From a virus (lineage: Duplodnaviria; Caudoviricetes): a stretch of 64,000 nucleotides of DNA. Shown one piece after another: positions 46,518 to 55,430 of the stretch. The notes beneath the pieces are model-generated. The model was not told the DNA's origin. It saw only the letters and a list, made by a program, of their open reading frames with translations, and did not search any database. Numbering within the stretch: position 1 is the first letter of the stretch; each line of letters starts with the position of its first letter. The translations under genes and the position numbers were made by a program. The stretch spans positions 1,224 through 65,223 of IMG/VR virus record IMGVR_UViG_3300034073_005177. One strand, written 5' to 3'.

Positions 46518-46765
46518 ATTAGCGTTTTAACTTTTTGATAGATATTTTTTTCGATTTGGCAGATTCTCATTCTCGTTAAGTTATAAATTTTTCCAATTTC
46601 TTGAAGAGTTTTAGGACCTGCCTTCGAAGTAATTATTACGCAATTTTGTCCATCTTTATAAGATATCCAATTTTTGCAAGTTTTCTTTTGACATTCAACT
46701 TTATAGAATGCGTGTAAGTCAAAACAAGATCTATCTTCTATTAATTTAAGTTTTTTCTTTTTCAT
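46508..46765 (-). CDS. Stand-alone sigma70 region-4 HTH protein with Cys-rich N-terminus
   Basis: PKTLQEIGKIYNLTRMRICQIEKNIYQKV matches region 4.2 (TLEEVG..F.VTRERIRQIE.KAL.KL); four Cys upstream. Confidence 0.8.
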   Translation of the reverse strand: MKKKKLKLIEDRSCFDLHAFYKVECQKKTCKNWISYKDGQNCVIITSKAGPKTLQEIGKIYNLTRMRICQIEKNIYQKVKTLIQD

Positions 46766-46845
46766 ATTGCTACTAACGCAAACACTATAAAATTAAAGTG
46801 TATTTGTTTAAATTGTGTTATAATTGTTAGTAGCAATATGAAAAA
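46758..46845. repeat. Perfect 20-bp inverted repeat (46758-46777 and 46826-46845) around a 48-bp spacer
   Basis: TTTTTCATATTGCTACTAAC and GTTAGTAGCAATATGAAAAA; each arm contains the ATG of one of two divergent genes. Confidence 0.95.
46816..46824 (+). promoter_or_regulatory. Extended -10 promoter TGtTATAAT for phoH
   Basis: Exact TGnTATAAT, 13 nt before ATG 46838. Confidence 0.6.
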
Positions 46846-48241
46846 AACTTATGTTCTTGATACCAATGTATTGTTAAGCGATCCTAACTCTATTTTTTCT
46901 TTTGATGATAATGATCTAATAATTCCAATGGCTGTATTGGAAGAGTTGGATCGACACAAAAGTCGTCTTGATGAAGTAGGAAGAAATGCTAGACAGACGT
47001 CTAAAACTTTAGATGAATTACGTTTAAAGGGCAGTTTAGTAGATGGCGTTTCATTACAAAATGGAGCGACGCTCAGAATCGTTGCAATAAATCCAAGTAT
47101 TTTAACTAATCTGCCTCCTGAACTTGAGTCTTCGAAGGTTGATAACATGATTATTTCATTCATGTTGCAACACAAGCTGAGTGAAGAATTAAATGAAGAA
47201 TCAGCTATATTAGTTACTAAAGATATTAACGTAAGAATTAAGTGCGATTCGCTAGGTATTAAGTGCGAAGATTATCTAAAGTTAAGAGTAACAGCCGACG
47301 CCGAACATTTCTATAGAGGCGTCGCAGTTATAGAAATCGATGAAAATAGAGTCGATGAATTTTATAGAGAAAATCAATTATTGTTATCTACTGAAGAGCT
47401 AAAAGATAACTTACTTTACCCTAATCAAATAGTTGTAATAAAAAATGTAGGTCAAGACGGTAAGACTACTAAGTCAGCGTTAGCAAAATGTCAATCTATT
47501 GATAAGCCTTTGGTGCCAATTGCAAAAATAGAACAAGCGTTTGGTTTAAAACCCAGAAATAAAGAACAAGCATTTTCTTTAGACCTACTATTCGATGATA
47601 ATGTAAAGTTATTGACTCTAACTGGTCCTTCGGGAACAGGAAAAACCTTATTAGCAATCGCAGCTGCACTCGAACAGTTAAAGGGTATTGGTAATTCAGA
47701 AAATGCAAAGTATGAAAAGTTAATTGTAACAAGACCCGTCCAACCAGTTGGTAAAGATATTGGATTTCTTCCTGGTACGTTAGAAGAAAAAATGGAACCG
47801 TGGATTGCCCCAATACGAGATAACGTAAATTTTTTAATGAATAGCAAAAAAGGCAATCGCAAGCGCGCAGCTTCGGATCCGACTAAGTCTAGAATTAGTG
47901 ACGAATATTATCTAGCTCTTATGCAAGAAAAGGGACTTATTGAAATTGAAGCAATTACCTTCATCAGAGGTAGATCGATTCCAAATGCATACATCATTAT
48001 TGATGAAGCCCAAAACTTATCAATGCACGAGCTAAAGACTATCATCACACGCGTCGGCGATGGAACCAAGGTAGTTTTGACTGGTGATATTGAGCAGATT
48101 GATAATGTTCATGTTGATACGTTTACTAACGGCTTAACGTATGCAGTTGAAAAATTTAAGGAACATTCAATTGCTGGTCATGTTAATCTAATCAAAGGCG
48201 AACGATCTGAATTAGCTACTTTGGCCTCAAAGATACTTTAG
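46838..48241 (+). CDS. phoH: PIN-PhoH (PhoH2/YlaK-type) protein
   Basis: PIN: VLDTNVLL, EELD, DNMII, VTKDINVRIK. PhoH: GPSGTGKT, IGFLPG, RGRS, DEAQN, GDIEQID. Confidence 0.95.
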   Translation: MKKTYVLDTNVLLSDPNSIFSFDDNDLIIPMAVLEELDRHKSRLDEVGRNARQTSKTLDELRLKGSLVDGVSLQNGATLRIVAINPSILTNLPPELESSKVDNMIISFMLQHKLSEELNEESAILVTKDINVRIKCDSLGIKCEDYLKLRVTADAEHFYRGVAVIEIDENRVDEFYRENQLLLSTEELKDNLLYPNQIVVIKNVGQDGKTTKSALAKCQSIDKPLVPIAKIEQAFGLKPRNKEQAFSLDLLFDDNVKLLTLTGPSGTGKTLLAIAAALEQLKGIGNSENAKYEKLIVTRPVQPVGKDIGFLPGTLEEKMEPWIAPIRDNVNFLMNSKKGNRKRAASDPTKSRISDEYYLALMQEKGLIEIEAITFIRGRSIPNAYIIIDEAQNLSMHELKTIITRVGDGTKVVLTGDIEQIDNVHVDTFTNGLTYAVEKFKEHSIAGHVNLIKGERSELATLASKIL

Positions 48242-48284
48242 TTAGGCAGGTTTTAAAAAATTTTAATATTTGTATGTTGTAGCT

Positions 48285-49364
48285 ATGAGTGGAATATTAG
48301 ATAATAAATCTAGAATCATTGATGCAATTCTGACGTCAGAAGGAAGACGCCAGATGGCAGATGGTAATTTTGTTGTAAAATTTGTTACCTTTTCTGATTC
48401 TAGCGTGTTTTATCAAAAAGACATAAACGAAGGTCACGAAGACCCAACCAACAAAATTTATTTAGAATGTTTTAATTTACCGCAAGATCAAATCGTTTTT
48501 GAAAGTGATGATTCGGGTAATTTAGTCCCCTTTAAACAACACGAATTTATCGGGAGTAATTCTTCGACGGGTTCCTTAACCAGCAGTTTACAGTGGATCA
48601 ATTTTTATCAAGGTAAATTAAAACAAAATACTAAAAAGTATGGAATTAACCTATCTGTTACTAGTTCGTACGCTGAAGAATCTATAAAAGATATTAATTT
48701 CGCATCTCAGATAGAAGGTATCTTAACTTCTTCTTTCGACAACTTTACTAAATTGAGAATTATAGGTACGCAAGATAGACTTTTTGGAGACCGAGAATTT
48801 GCATTAAGCAACAATCAAATTACTTTTGAAATTACTCCTAATGAAGAAACCTTGCAAATGCAAAATGCGACGTCAATCAATTCAATTGATGCGCTTTTTA
48901 GCGATGAAAAATTAAGAAATGTAGAAAATTTCTTGTATCTTCCCCCCATTAAAAAAACTAACGATATATCAGTTGATAAGACGAACGTAGGCCTACTGGA
49001 ATCACAAAATTTATTTTTAGGTGATTATCCTGCGTGGGGACCTATCGAGCGATTAACCTACAGCGATATTAAACAAGAACTAGAAAAATACGAGTCGACT
49101 TCTAAAACCATATTTTTCGATCCGACATCAAAAGATAACGCATTGATCGCACAGATGTTCGAAATATCGACAGATAAAGTATCAAAATTAGATGTAATCG
49201 ATTATGGAAAAGTCAGCGATAACTTAAGCAACCCTTACGCTGACACTCATCACGTTTTTTTTATTGGAAAAATATTAATTGACGACATGGGTTCTACTAA
49301 CTTCATTCATCTTTTTACACTTATTTTTGAATCCGACGAGGAAAATAATGTTCAAGCCTATTGA
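48285..49364 (+). CDS. Virion structural protein; N-terminus paralogous to 57436-58143
   Basis: MSGILDNKSRIIDAILTSEGRRQMADGNF. Start refined to ATG 48285; the track uses TTG 48270. Confidence 0.65.
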   Translation: MSGILDNKSRIIDAILTSEGRRQMADGNFVVKFVTFSDSSVFYQKDINEGHEDPTNKIYLECFNLPQDQIVFESDDSGNLVPFKQHEFIGSNSSTGSLTSSLQWINFYQGKLKQNTKKYGINLSVTSSYAEESIKDINFASQIEGILTSSFDNFTKLRIIGTQDRLFGDREFALSNNQITFEITPNEETLQMQNATSINSIDALFSDEKLRNVENFLYLPPIKKTNDISVDKTNVGLLESQNLFLGDYPAWGPIERLTYSDIKQELEKYESTSKTIFFDPTSKDNALIAQMFEISTDKVSKLDVIDYGKVSDNLSNPYADTHHVFFIGKILIDDMGSTNFIHLFTLIFESDEENNVQAY

Positions 49365-51660
49365 GTTACCCAAGATAGAAACGTCTCTAACGATTCCTGA
49401 ATATTTTGCCTCAATAGTTGGAGAATCTGAATCGCACTATTCTTTGGCGTTATTTTTCAATATATCAAAGAGTGATTTATCCAAACACAATCTTTCTTAT
49501 TTAAAAATTAAGTTTTTCAGAAAAAACTATAAAGAAAATATAAAGATTCAAAATAATTCGCTGGAATCTAGCGCTACTCGATTTTTAACTAAAGAACTAG
49601 ATGCAGTTAAAAGATCTAGTTTAATAAAGCAATCCGTCATCGTTGAAGACATCGTTTATCTTTTTCAATTTAATTTTGGAAACGATGGAAAAAGAAGAAT
49701 TAAAAAAGAAATTATTACGCCTATATTCGAAAAACAACTTAGACAACTAAGAAGCGAATATGATGATTTAACATTAAAAGACAAAAATTTATCAGTTATA
49801 AAAATTTTAAATGTAGATCCTGCAGACGCAATTTTATCTAAAGAATACGAATCTAATAATCTCGTAAATAGTTTAAAAAACCATTATTTGTTTTTTTCTA
49901 ATCAATCTCAATCTAAAGAAAAATATTATGGCGTCTCGGAAATAAACGCGGAAAAAACGAAACTTTACATAAAGAGAATCGTAGACATTCCAAAAGAATT
50001 TGCAAAAGAACCGCTAGAAATAAGTTTCGAACCGTATTCTGATAAAACCAACATTCAAAAATTTGAAAATAGAAAAAAAGAACTGAACATTCAAGACTTA
50101 ATATCTATCAAAAATTCGAGAATTAAAAAACCAGCCATTTCTGCTATTTATACAAAAAACTTTGCTGGTCTTAGAACCCAACAAGAAGATGAAAAAGCAT
50201 CAGGAATATTGTTACAAAAGAAGACCATAAACACGAGCGGTCAAATAACAAAATATAGCAATATTTTTAAAAACGAAGAATTCAAGAAAAATTCTATTCA
50301 GAGTTTACCTGAACCAAACATAGAATCTGAAGTTCAACTATATAGATGTGTTGCGTTTAATTCATCGTTTAAAAATCAAACTTCTTATAGGAATATAATC
50401 GCAGGTTCTATTCCATTTATAGACACCACTGTCCTTTTATTAAGAAACAATTCTGCCGATAAAACGATGGAAATTTCTTTGCATAATCCGCCAGTCGAAG
50501 CAGAAGCTTTTCAAATTTTAAAACGAAGACTAGAAGCTGGTGGACTTGATGCATATGGCGTCGAACAACCAATAACTGAATTTTTATCAGTAAAACCTAC
50601 GCCAGAAAAAGTAATAGACGCAGACGTCATATCTGGTCACCTTTATGAGTATAGCGTAAAATATAAATTAAAAAATGGAATACAAAAACACAGCGTTCGT
50701 AAGATTTATAAATTTGTAGATCCGACTATCCGTAAATCATTAGTCGCAGCAGAGATTACAAGCCCTACGATAAATCAAAGTGCGAATGGACCTGCAGTTA
50801 CCTTCAACATCTCAACGCGGACGATAACTGGTGAAACTAATTTATTAAAAACGTTAATATCTCGGTCGGGTGTGTCAGAAGAGTTTTTAGACGAATTCAA
50901 AAAATTAAAAGACAACTATGAAGACTTTATCTTTTTTAAGGTTGTTCGAACGAATTTATCAATATCACCAGGTATAGAAGAAGAGTTTAAAGATATTTTT
51001 TATGAGGCTAGTTCTCAACAATTCGTCGACGACACTGCGACTAGAAAAAATTCGGGTGTTGCCGATTTAAATCCAAGTCATGATTATCTTTATGAGGTTC
51101 GAGCATATTTTAAAAACCCCGCCAGCTTATTAAGGGAATACGTAAAGACTGTACAAAGTCAAATAAAAGTAGCCGGAACGACAATCACTAAAAGCTACAA
51201 ATATAAACCATATAAGTGGTTACAACAAAAAACCCTAGATACAGGCACCTTAATATCCGAAGACGCGAATGGTAACTTGGCGCAAGTTTCATTCGTAGAA
51301 GATGGTGACATTGGAGTTATCGCTCAAATAAAAATTGATAAATTAGAGCAATTACTACAAATTAAGACCGCAACTGCAAAACGAATAGAGATGAATGCTA
51401 TTTCAATAAATTGGACCTTCGATTCATCTTTAGAAAATTATGACCACTTTGTAATTGTTAAAGAATCAAATGGCGAAAGAAAAATATTAGCGACAACGAT
51501 CAACTCTAAGTTCATCGATTCGATTATGTTTGAAGACGCAGGAACAATTATTTACTATATCACCCCTGTTTTTAATGATTATTCTGTTGGAAATACAGTG
51601 AAAACGAAAGCAATAGTTATTGATCCTGAAGAATTTGATTCATATTATACGGGTAAGTAA
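49348..51660 (+). CDS. Putative virion protein with FN3/Ig-like repeats
   Basis: YEYSVKY, YLYEVRAY and ISINWTF...YYITPV strands. Start refined to ATG 49348 behind GAGG; the track gives 49279. Confidence 0.6.
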   Translation: MFKPIELPKIETSLTIPEYFASIVGESESHYSLALFFNISKSDLSKHNLSYLKIKFFRKNYKENIKIQNNSLESSATRFLTKELDAVKRSSLIKQSVIVEDIVYLFQFNFGNDGKRRIKKEIITPIFEKQLRQLRSEYDDLTLKDKNLSVIKILNVDPADAILSKEYESNNLVNSLKNHYLFFSNQSQSKEKYYGVSEINAEKTKLYIKRIVDIPKEFAKEPLEISFEPYSDKTNIQKFENRKKELNIQDLISIKNSRIKKPAISAIYTKNFAGLRTQQEDEKASGILLQKKTINTSGQITKYSNIFKNEEFKKNSIQSLPEPNIESEVQLYRCVAFNSSFKNQTSYRNIIAGSIPFIDTTVLLLRNNSADKTMEISLHNPPVEAEAFQILKRRLEAGGLDAYGVEQPITEFLSVKPTPEKVIDADVISGHLYEYSVKYKLKNGIQKHSVRKIYKFVDPTIRKSLVAAEITSPTINQSANGPAVTFNISTRTITGETNLLKTLISRSGVSEEFLDEFKKLKDNYEDFIFFKVVRTNLSISPGIEEEFKDIFYEASSQQFVDDTATRKNSGVADLNPSHDYLYEVRAYFKNPASLLREYVKTVQSQIKVAGTTITKSYKYKPYKWLQQKTLDTGTLISEDANGNLAQVSFVEDGDIGVIAQIKIDKLEQLLQIKTATAKRIEMNAISINWTFDSSLENYDHFVIVKESNGERKILATTINSKFIDSIMFEDAGTIIYYITPVFNDYSVGNTVKTKAIVIDPEEFDSYYTGK

Positions 51661-51662
51661 AG

Positions 51663-54600
51663 ATGAAAAGAAAAATATCAATAGTACAAAAAACTGTATC
51701 AACGCCATCTCCTGTTCCTAAAAGAACTGTACCCGTCCAAAATACGACTACCGCGCGTAGAACCCCAACCGTCGCTTCTAACGCGCCAGTTGTCATTGAC
51801 CCTCTCAAATCTAATATCAAAGATTTCTTTTTAAAAAAGGCCGACAAGATAAAATTTACCAACGCAGAACCGATTACAAAATCGAGTATCGAAAAAAGTA
51901 CTTCAGTTAATTTCGTCAAGGGCAACGCCGAACCGTTTGAAAATTTAATTAAAATTACAAATGATAAACCAGAAATAGTTGCTCTTACAGATTTTTTACC
52001 TTGTTATAGAGACGATGGTAGCTTAAACGAAACAGGAAATTTATTTCAAGCTAAACAAGACGCTTTATTAATTTCTTGCGTTGATTGTTTAAAAAATATT
52101 TTGATCGAAATAGAAAATCAAAAACCCTTAGAAAATACGGGGGAATTAACTATTAAGAATTATATCAATGATACGACTAATGAACTATATGCTTTTTGTA
52201 GCACAATAGAAAAAGGTATAAGTTCTTTATTGTTCGCGATGGAAGACACCAAAAAATCTTTTGATATAAAAAGAAATTTAGATAATGAAATAAGTCAAAT
52301 CAATTCGATACCCGAAGATTTAAAAAATTATGCATCTTTAGAAGAGATGACTAATGCCACAAGAGGTGTATGGACGAATTGGACCAATACAAAACTTTGG
52401 TTACAAATGTGCAAAGAATACCACAATGCTCTTCGTTACGGTATTTGGCGTTCATCAAATGATTTATTAATTTCAGACGTAGCATCTACTGACGAAACTA
52501 TACTCAGTCCTTATAAGCTATACACGCCGCAGGACACCGAAAATAAATTAAAGTTCAATACCAGTCAAATTATCTTATCTAGATATTATGATGCAGGTAT
52601 CGTAGTAACTTCGAACACTCTTTTCGAAACTGTTAAAAATCAACTTTTAAAAATATTTACTACTGACTCTATATTAAACGTCAACATGAGAGATCTCATC
52701 GGTGATGACGAAGCGCAGAAATCTAAAAATATAGCAAAGTTAAGTACGCTAATTTCAAAAGAATTAAGATACTCAACCGAAATAAGAAAATTAAAATATT
52801 CTAATTCTCCTATTTTAACGACCTTCAATTACCCCTTAGTTAATCTGGATAGTCCAAACAATACAACTTTTTGGTCTCACGTCATAGGACAAACAGGCGC
52901 CGATATCACTGAAATTCCGGAAAATCCGACGTCGAATACCTTGGTTAATATATCACAAAGGCAAGAGAGTTTAAATACAGAAACAGAAACATTCGAAATT
53001 TTGAGTTTTGAAAACGTTTATATAAACGATGATATTACTTCTACAAACCAAACTCTCGCCCGCGATGCTACTTTGACTCCTGGTACTTTCTTTTATGTAG
53101 ATAATACTTTAAACGAAAATTCTTTATTTGATGTAACAACAACTACGTCCTATCGAAATAGTGTAAAAGATTCCTTAAACGCCCTGAAATCTCTTTGTAC
53201 AACAGAAACTAGTCAAGGAACTAATTCTATAGAATTTTTGTTTGATAAAAATATAGTTCCAAGAAACTTTCAAGAGATCATAAGAAATCCTCAACCTATT
53301 TCATACGAACTAAATTTTACAGAAGAAAATCTAACCAACATCTTAAGAAATCCCCTAATGTTAATTCGATTTATCGAATTGAAATTATTGAACGAAAGAT
53401 ATCTAACTCGATTCGATAGATTACCTAAAATCGCTGACAACAAAGACTTAAGTCCATTGTTGATTTCATTTGCACTTGAAAACATAGACACAAGAGTTAA
53501 AGACAAACACCTGCTCTCTTTAATTTACATGTACGTGTTAACTAAAGTTAATATCTACACCAAAGAATCGCAAGGTCTTCAAAACGATAATAACTTACCC
53601 TTAGTAATAGAACTAATTAAAAAATATTTAATAGAATATTACGAAAACAATAATAAAATTAATATTGAAGATAGTTCAACTGTTTCTTTGAATATAGAAA
53701 ATTCAATAACGTCAGATAGTTTAACTTCATTAAATGAAATAGCAAAAATATTAGCATCTATTAATAAAGAATTTACAAAAATAGATCCAAGAAATCCTGA
53801 ATCAACGTACGTAGCTAACCCTTTCAGCGTGAATACAACAGACGTACAAAAAAGCTTTTATTCAGACATTCAAAAAGAATCTATTTTAACTTTAATTTTC
53901 TTTTTGTGTTGCACTATGATACACGAAGCAAACCCTCAGGCAATTATTGACGTAAAAAATGAAGGTTCTGCAAGAGCGACTTCATCGTCAGTTTATAAAT
54001 TAAAAATTAAAAATGTCAGAGAATTTGTTGATAGGGTAGATGATGTTGCTACCATTATAGGGGAAAAAAAGCTAAATATTTATCGATATGATAGTATCAT
54101 AGAACAAACCGAAAAACTAGTATGGAATGAAACAGTAGACATCAAAAGAATGTCAGCTTGGTTCGTAAATTATTTGACAGCGTTAGAAAATAAATTATCT
54201 TCTTTTATTAACGGAATAACCAGCGGTCAGTATCAAACTAACTATTATGAACCAATATCATTGTTATTAAACGGAGATAACGTACTTACTACAAAGGTTT
54301 TTACGCTAGAACAATTAAACTTAATTAAAAGCAAGTTATCTTATATGTTGACCAGATTATCCCCTGAATATAATTCTGGTTTAAGAACTATCGCGCCCTA
54401 CTTTATTTCATTCGACAAGGAAGATTCAAAGATTATTAATGGTTGTTTACCACTGGAAGATGTACATCTAGTAGCTTGGAACTTTTTCTTAAAAGATTAT
54501 TTAAAACAAGAAGAATTTTTTGAATCGATCGCAAGTAACAAAAAAATAATTTCAGTTGGCCTTCCTCATAAAATTTATAGAAGATTACAAAAATTTACTA

Positions 54601-55424
54601 ATGCCTCGACGTTAGAAAATTCGGCAAGTCAAACCAACCTAATTTCTATAAACGTTTACTTAAAGGATCATCTAAGGCCTCAATTAATTCATCAACCTCA
54701 AAAATTTATTTTTGACTTAAATAAGTTCACCATTAGAACTTTAAATTATTATCTAGATTCTGCAATTGGAACGGCAAAGAAACTAGACGATGTTGATGCC
54801 CGTGGTGGAGAAATAGACGAAAAAGAGTTTGAATATTTAAAGTTTTTACCGTTCTTTAATTTAAATGGCTTTCAGGAAATACAAAATATTAGAGCCGATG
54901 ATGCTCATGATTTATTAGACACCATTGAAAACGAATACGCTAAATTTCAAACTTACCTTAGTACGCAACAGTTTGAACAATTAAGAAAAAACCATATTAA
55001 AAATTTCTTTTTAGAAGAATATCTTAGATTTGTTACGAGTTATAGTCTAGATGAAACTTCGTTTTCTAACTACGCAGGAAACATCCAAAGACTTGATAAT
55101 GAATTAATATTTGCAGTAACTCCACAAACGCAAGGCGCGCTTGAATATCTAAAAAATACTATTTTTACGAGTAGCGAAAATATAAAACGCTCGCTCATTT
55201 CGCCTAAAAAGTTTGATAGAGTATTTCACATCATGATAGATCCGGATGACTTTGAAATAAACATAGAAAAAACGAATGAGATAAGCTCATCGACCATCGA
55301 GTATTTTAAAAATGCAGGCGTCATAGCGCAAATACCTGACACTAATAATTACAAAAGAGTCGCAACGCAACGAGCTAGCGCAGAGTTCAATAGCTATGTT
55401 GTAGAATTAGAAATAATAGCGTGA
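51663..55424 (+). CDS. Large hypothetical protein (1253 aa), probably virion-associated
   Basis: Long ORF within the structural run; no motif recognised. Confidence 0.6.
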   Translation: MKRKISIVQKTVSTPSPVPKRTVPVQNTTTARRTPTVASNAPVVIDPLKSNIKDFFLKKADKIKFTNAEPITKSSIEKSTSVNFVKGNAEPFENLIKITNDKPEIVALTDFLPCYRDDGSLNETGNLFQAKQDALLISCVDCLKNILIEIENQKPLENTGELTIKNYINDTTNELYAFCSTIEKGISSLLFAMEDTKKSFDIKRNLDNEISQINSIPEDLKNYASLEEMTNATRGVWTNWTNTKLWLQMCKEYHNALRYGIWRSSNDLLISDVASTDETILSPYKLYTPQDTENKLKFNTSQIILSRYYDAGIVVTSNTLFETVKNQLLKIFTTDSILNVNMRDLIGDDEAQKSKNIAKLSTLISKELRYSTEIRKLKYSNSPILTTFNYPLVNLDSPNNTTFWSHVIGQTGADITEIPENPTSNTLVNISQRQESLNTETETFEILSFENVYINDDITSTNQTLARDATLTPGTFFYVDNTLNENSLFDVTTTTSYRNSVKDSLNALKSLCTTETSQGTNSIEFLFDKNIVPRNFQEIIRNPQPISYELNFTEENLTNILRNPLMLIRFIELKLLNERYLTRFDRLPKIADNKDLSPLLISFALENIDTRVKDKHLLSLIYMYVLTKVNIYTKESQGLQNDNNLPLVIELIKKYLIEYYENNNKINIEDSSTVSLNIENSITSDSLTSLNEIAKILASINKEFTKIDPRNPESTYVANPFSVNTTDVQKSFYSDIQKESILTLIFFLCCTMIHEANPQAIIDVKNEGSARATSSSVYKLKIKNVREFVDRVDDVATIIGEKKLNIYRYDSIIEQTEKLVWNETVDIKRMSAWFVNYLTALENKLSSFINGITSGQYQTNYYEPISLLLNGDNVLTTKVFTLEQLNLIKSKLSYMLTRLSPEYNSGLRTIAPYFISFDKEDSKIINGCLPLEDVHLVAWNFFLKDYLKQEEFFESIASNKKIISVGLPHKIYRRLQKFTNASTLENSASQTNLISINVYLKDHLRPQLIHQPQKFIFDLNKFTIRTLNYYLDSAIGTAKKLDDVDARGGEIDEKEFEYLKFLPFFNLNGFQEIQNIRADDAHDLLDTIENEYAKFQTYLSTQQFEQLRKNHIKNFFLEEYLRFVTSYSLDETSFSNYAGNIQRLDNELIFAVTPQTQGALEYLKNTIFTSSENIKRSLISPKKFDRVFHIMIDPDDFEINIEKTNEISSSTIEYFKNAGVIAQIPDTNNYKRVATQRASAEFNSYVVELEIIA

Positions 55425-55430
55425 ATTACA

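Noticed and set aside
49279-49364. 86-nt overlap or programmed frameshift between two structural genes
   Set aside because: An ATG at 49348 with GAGG upstream reduces the overlap to 17 nt.
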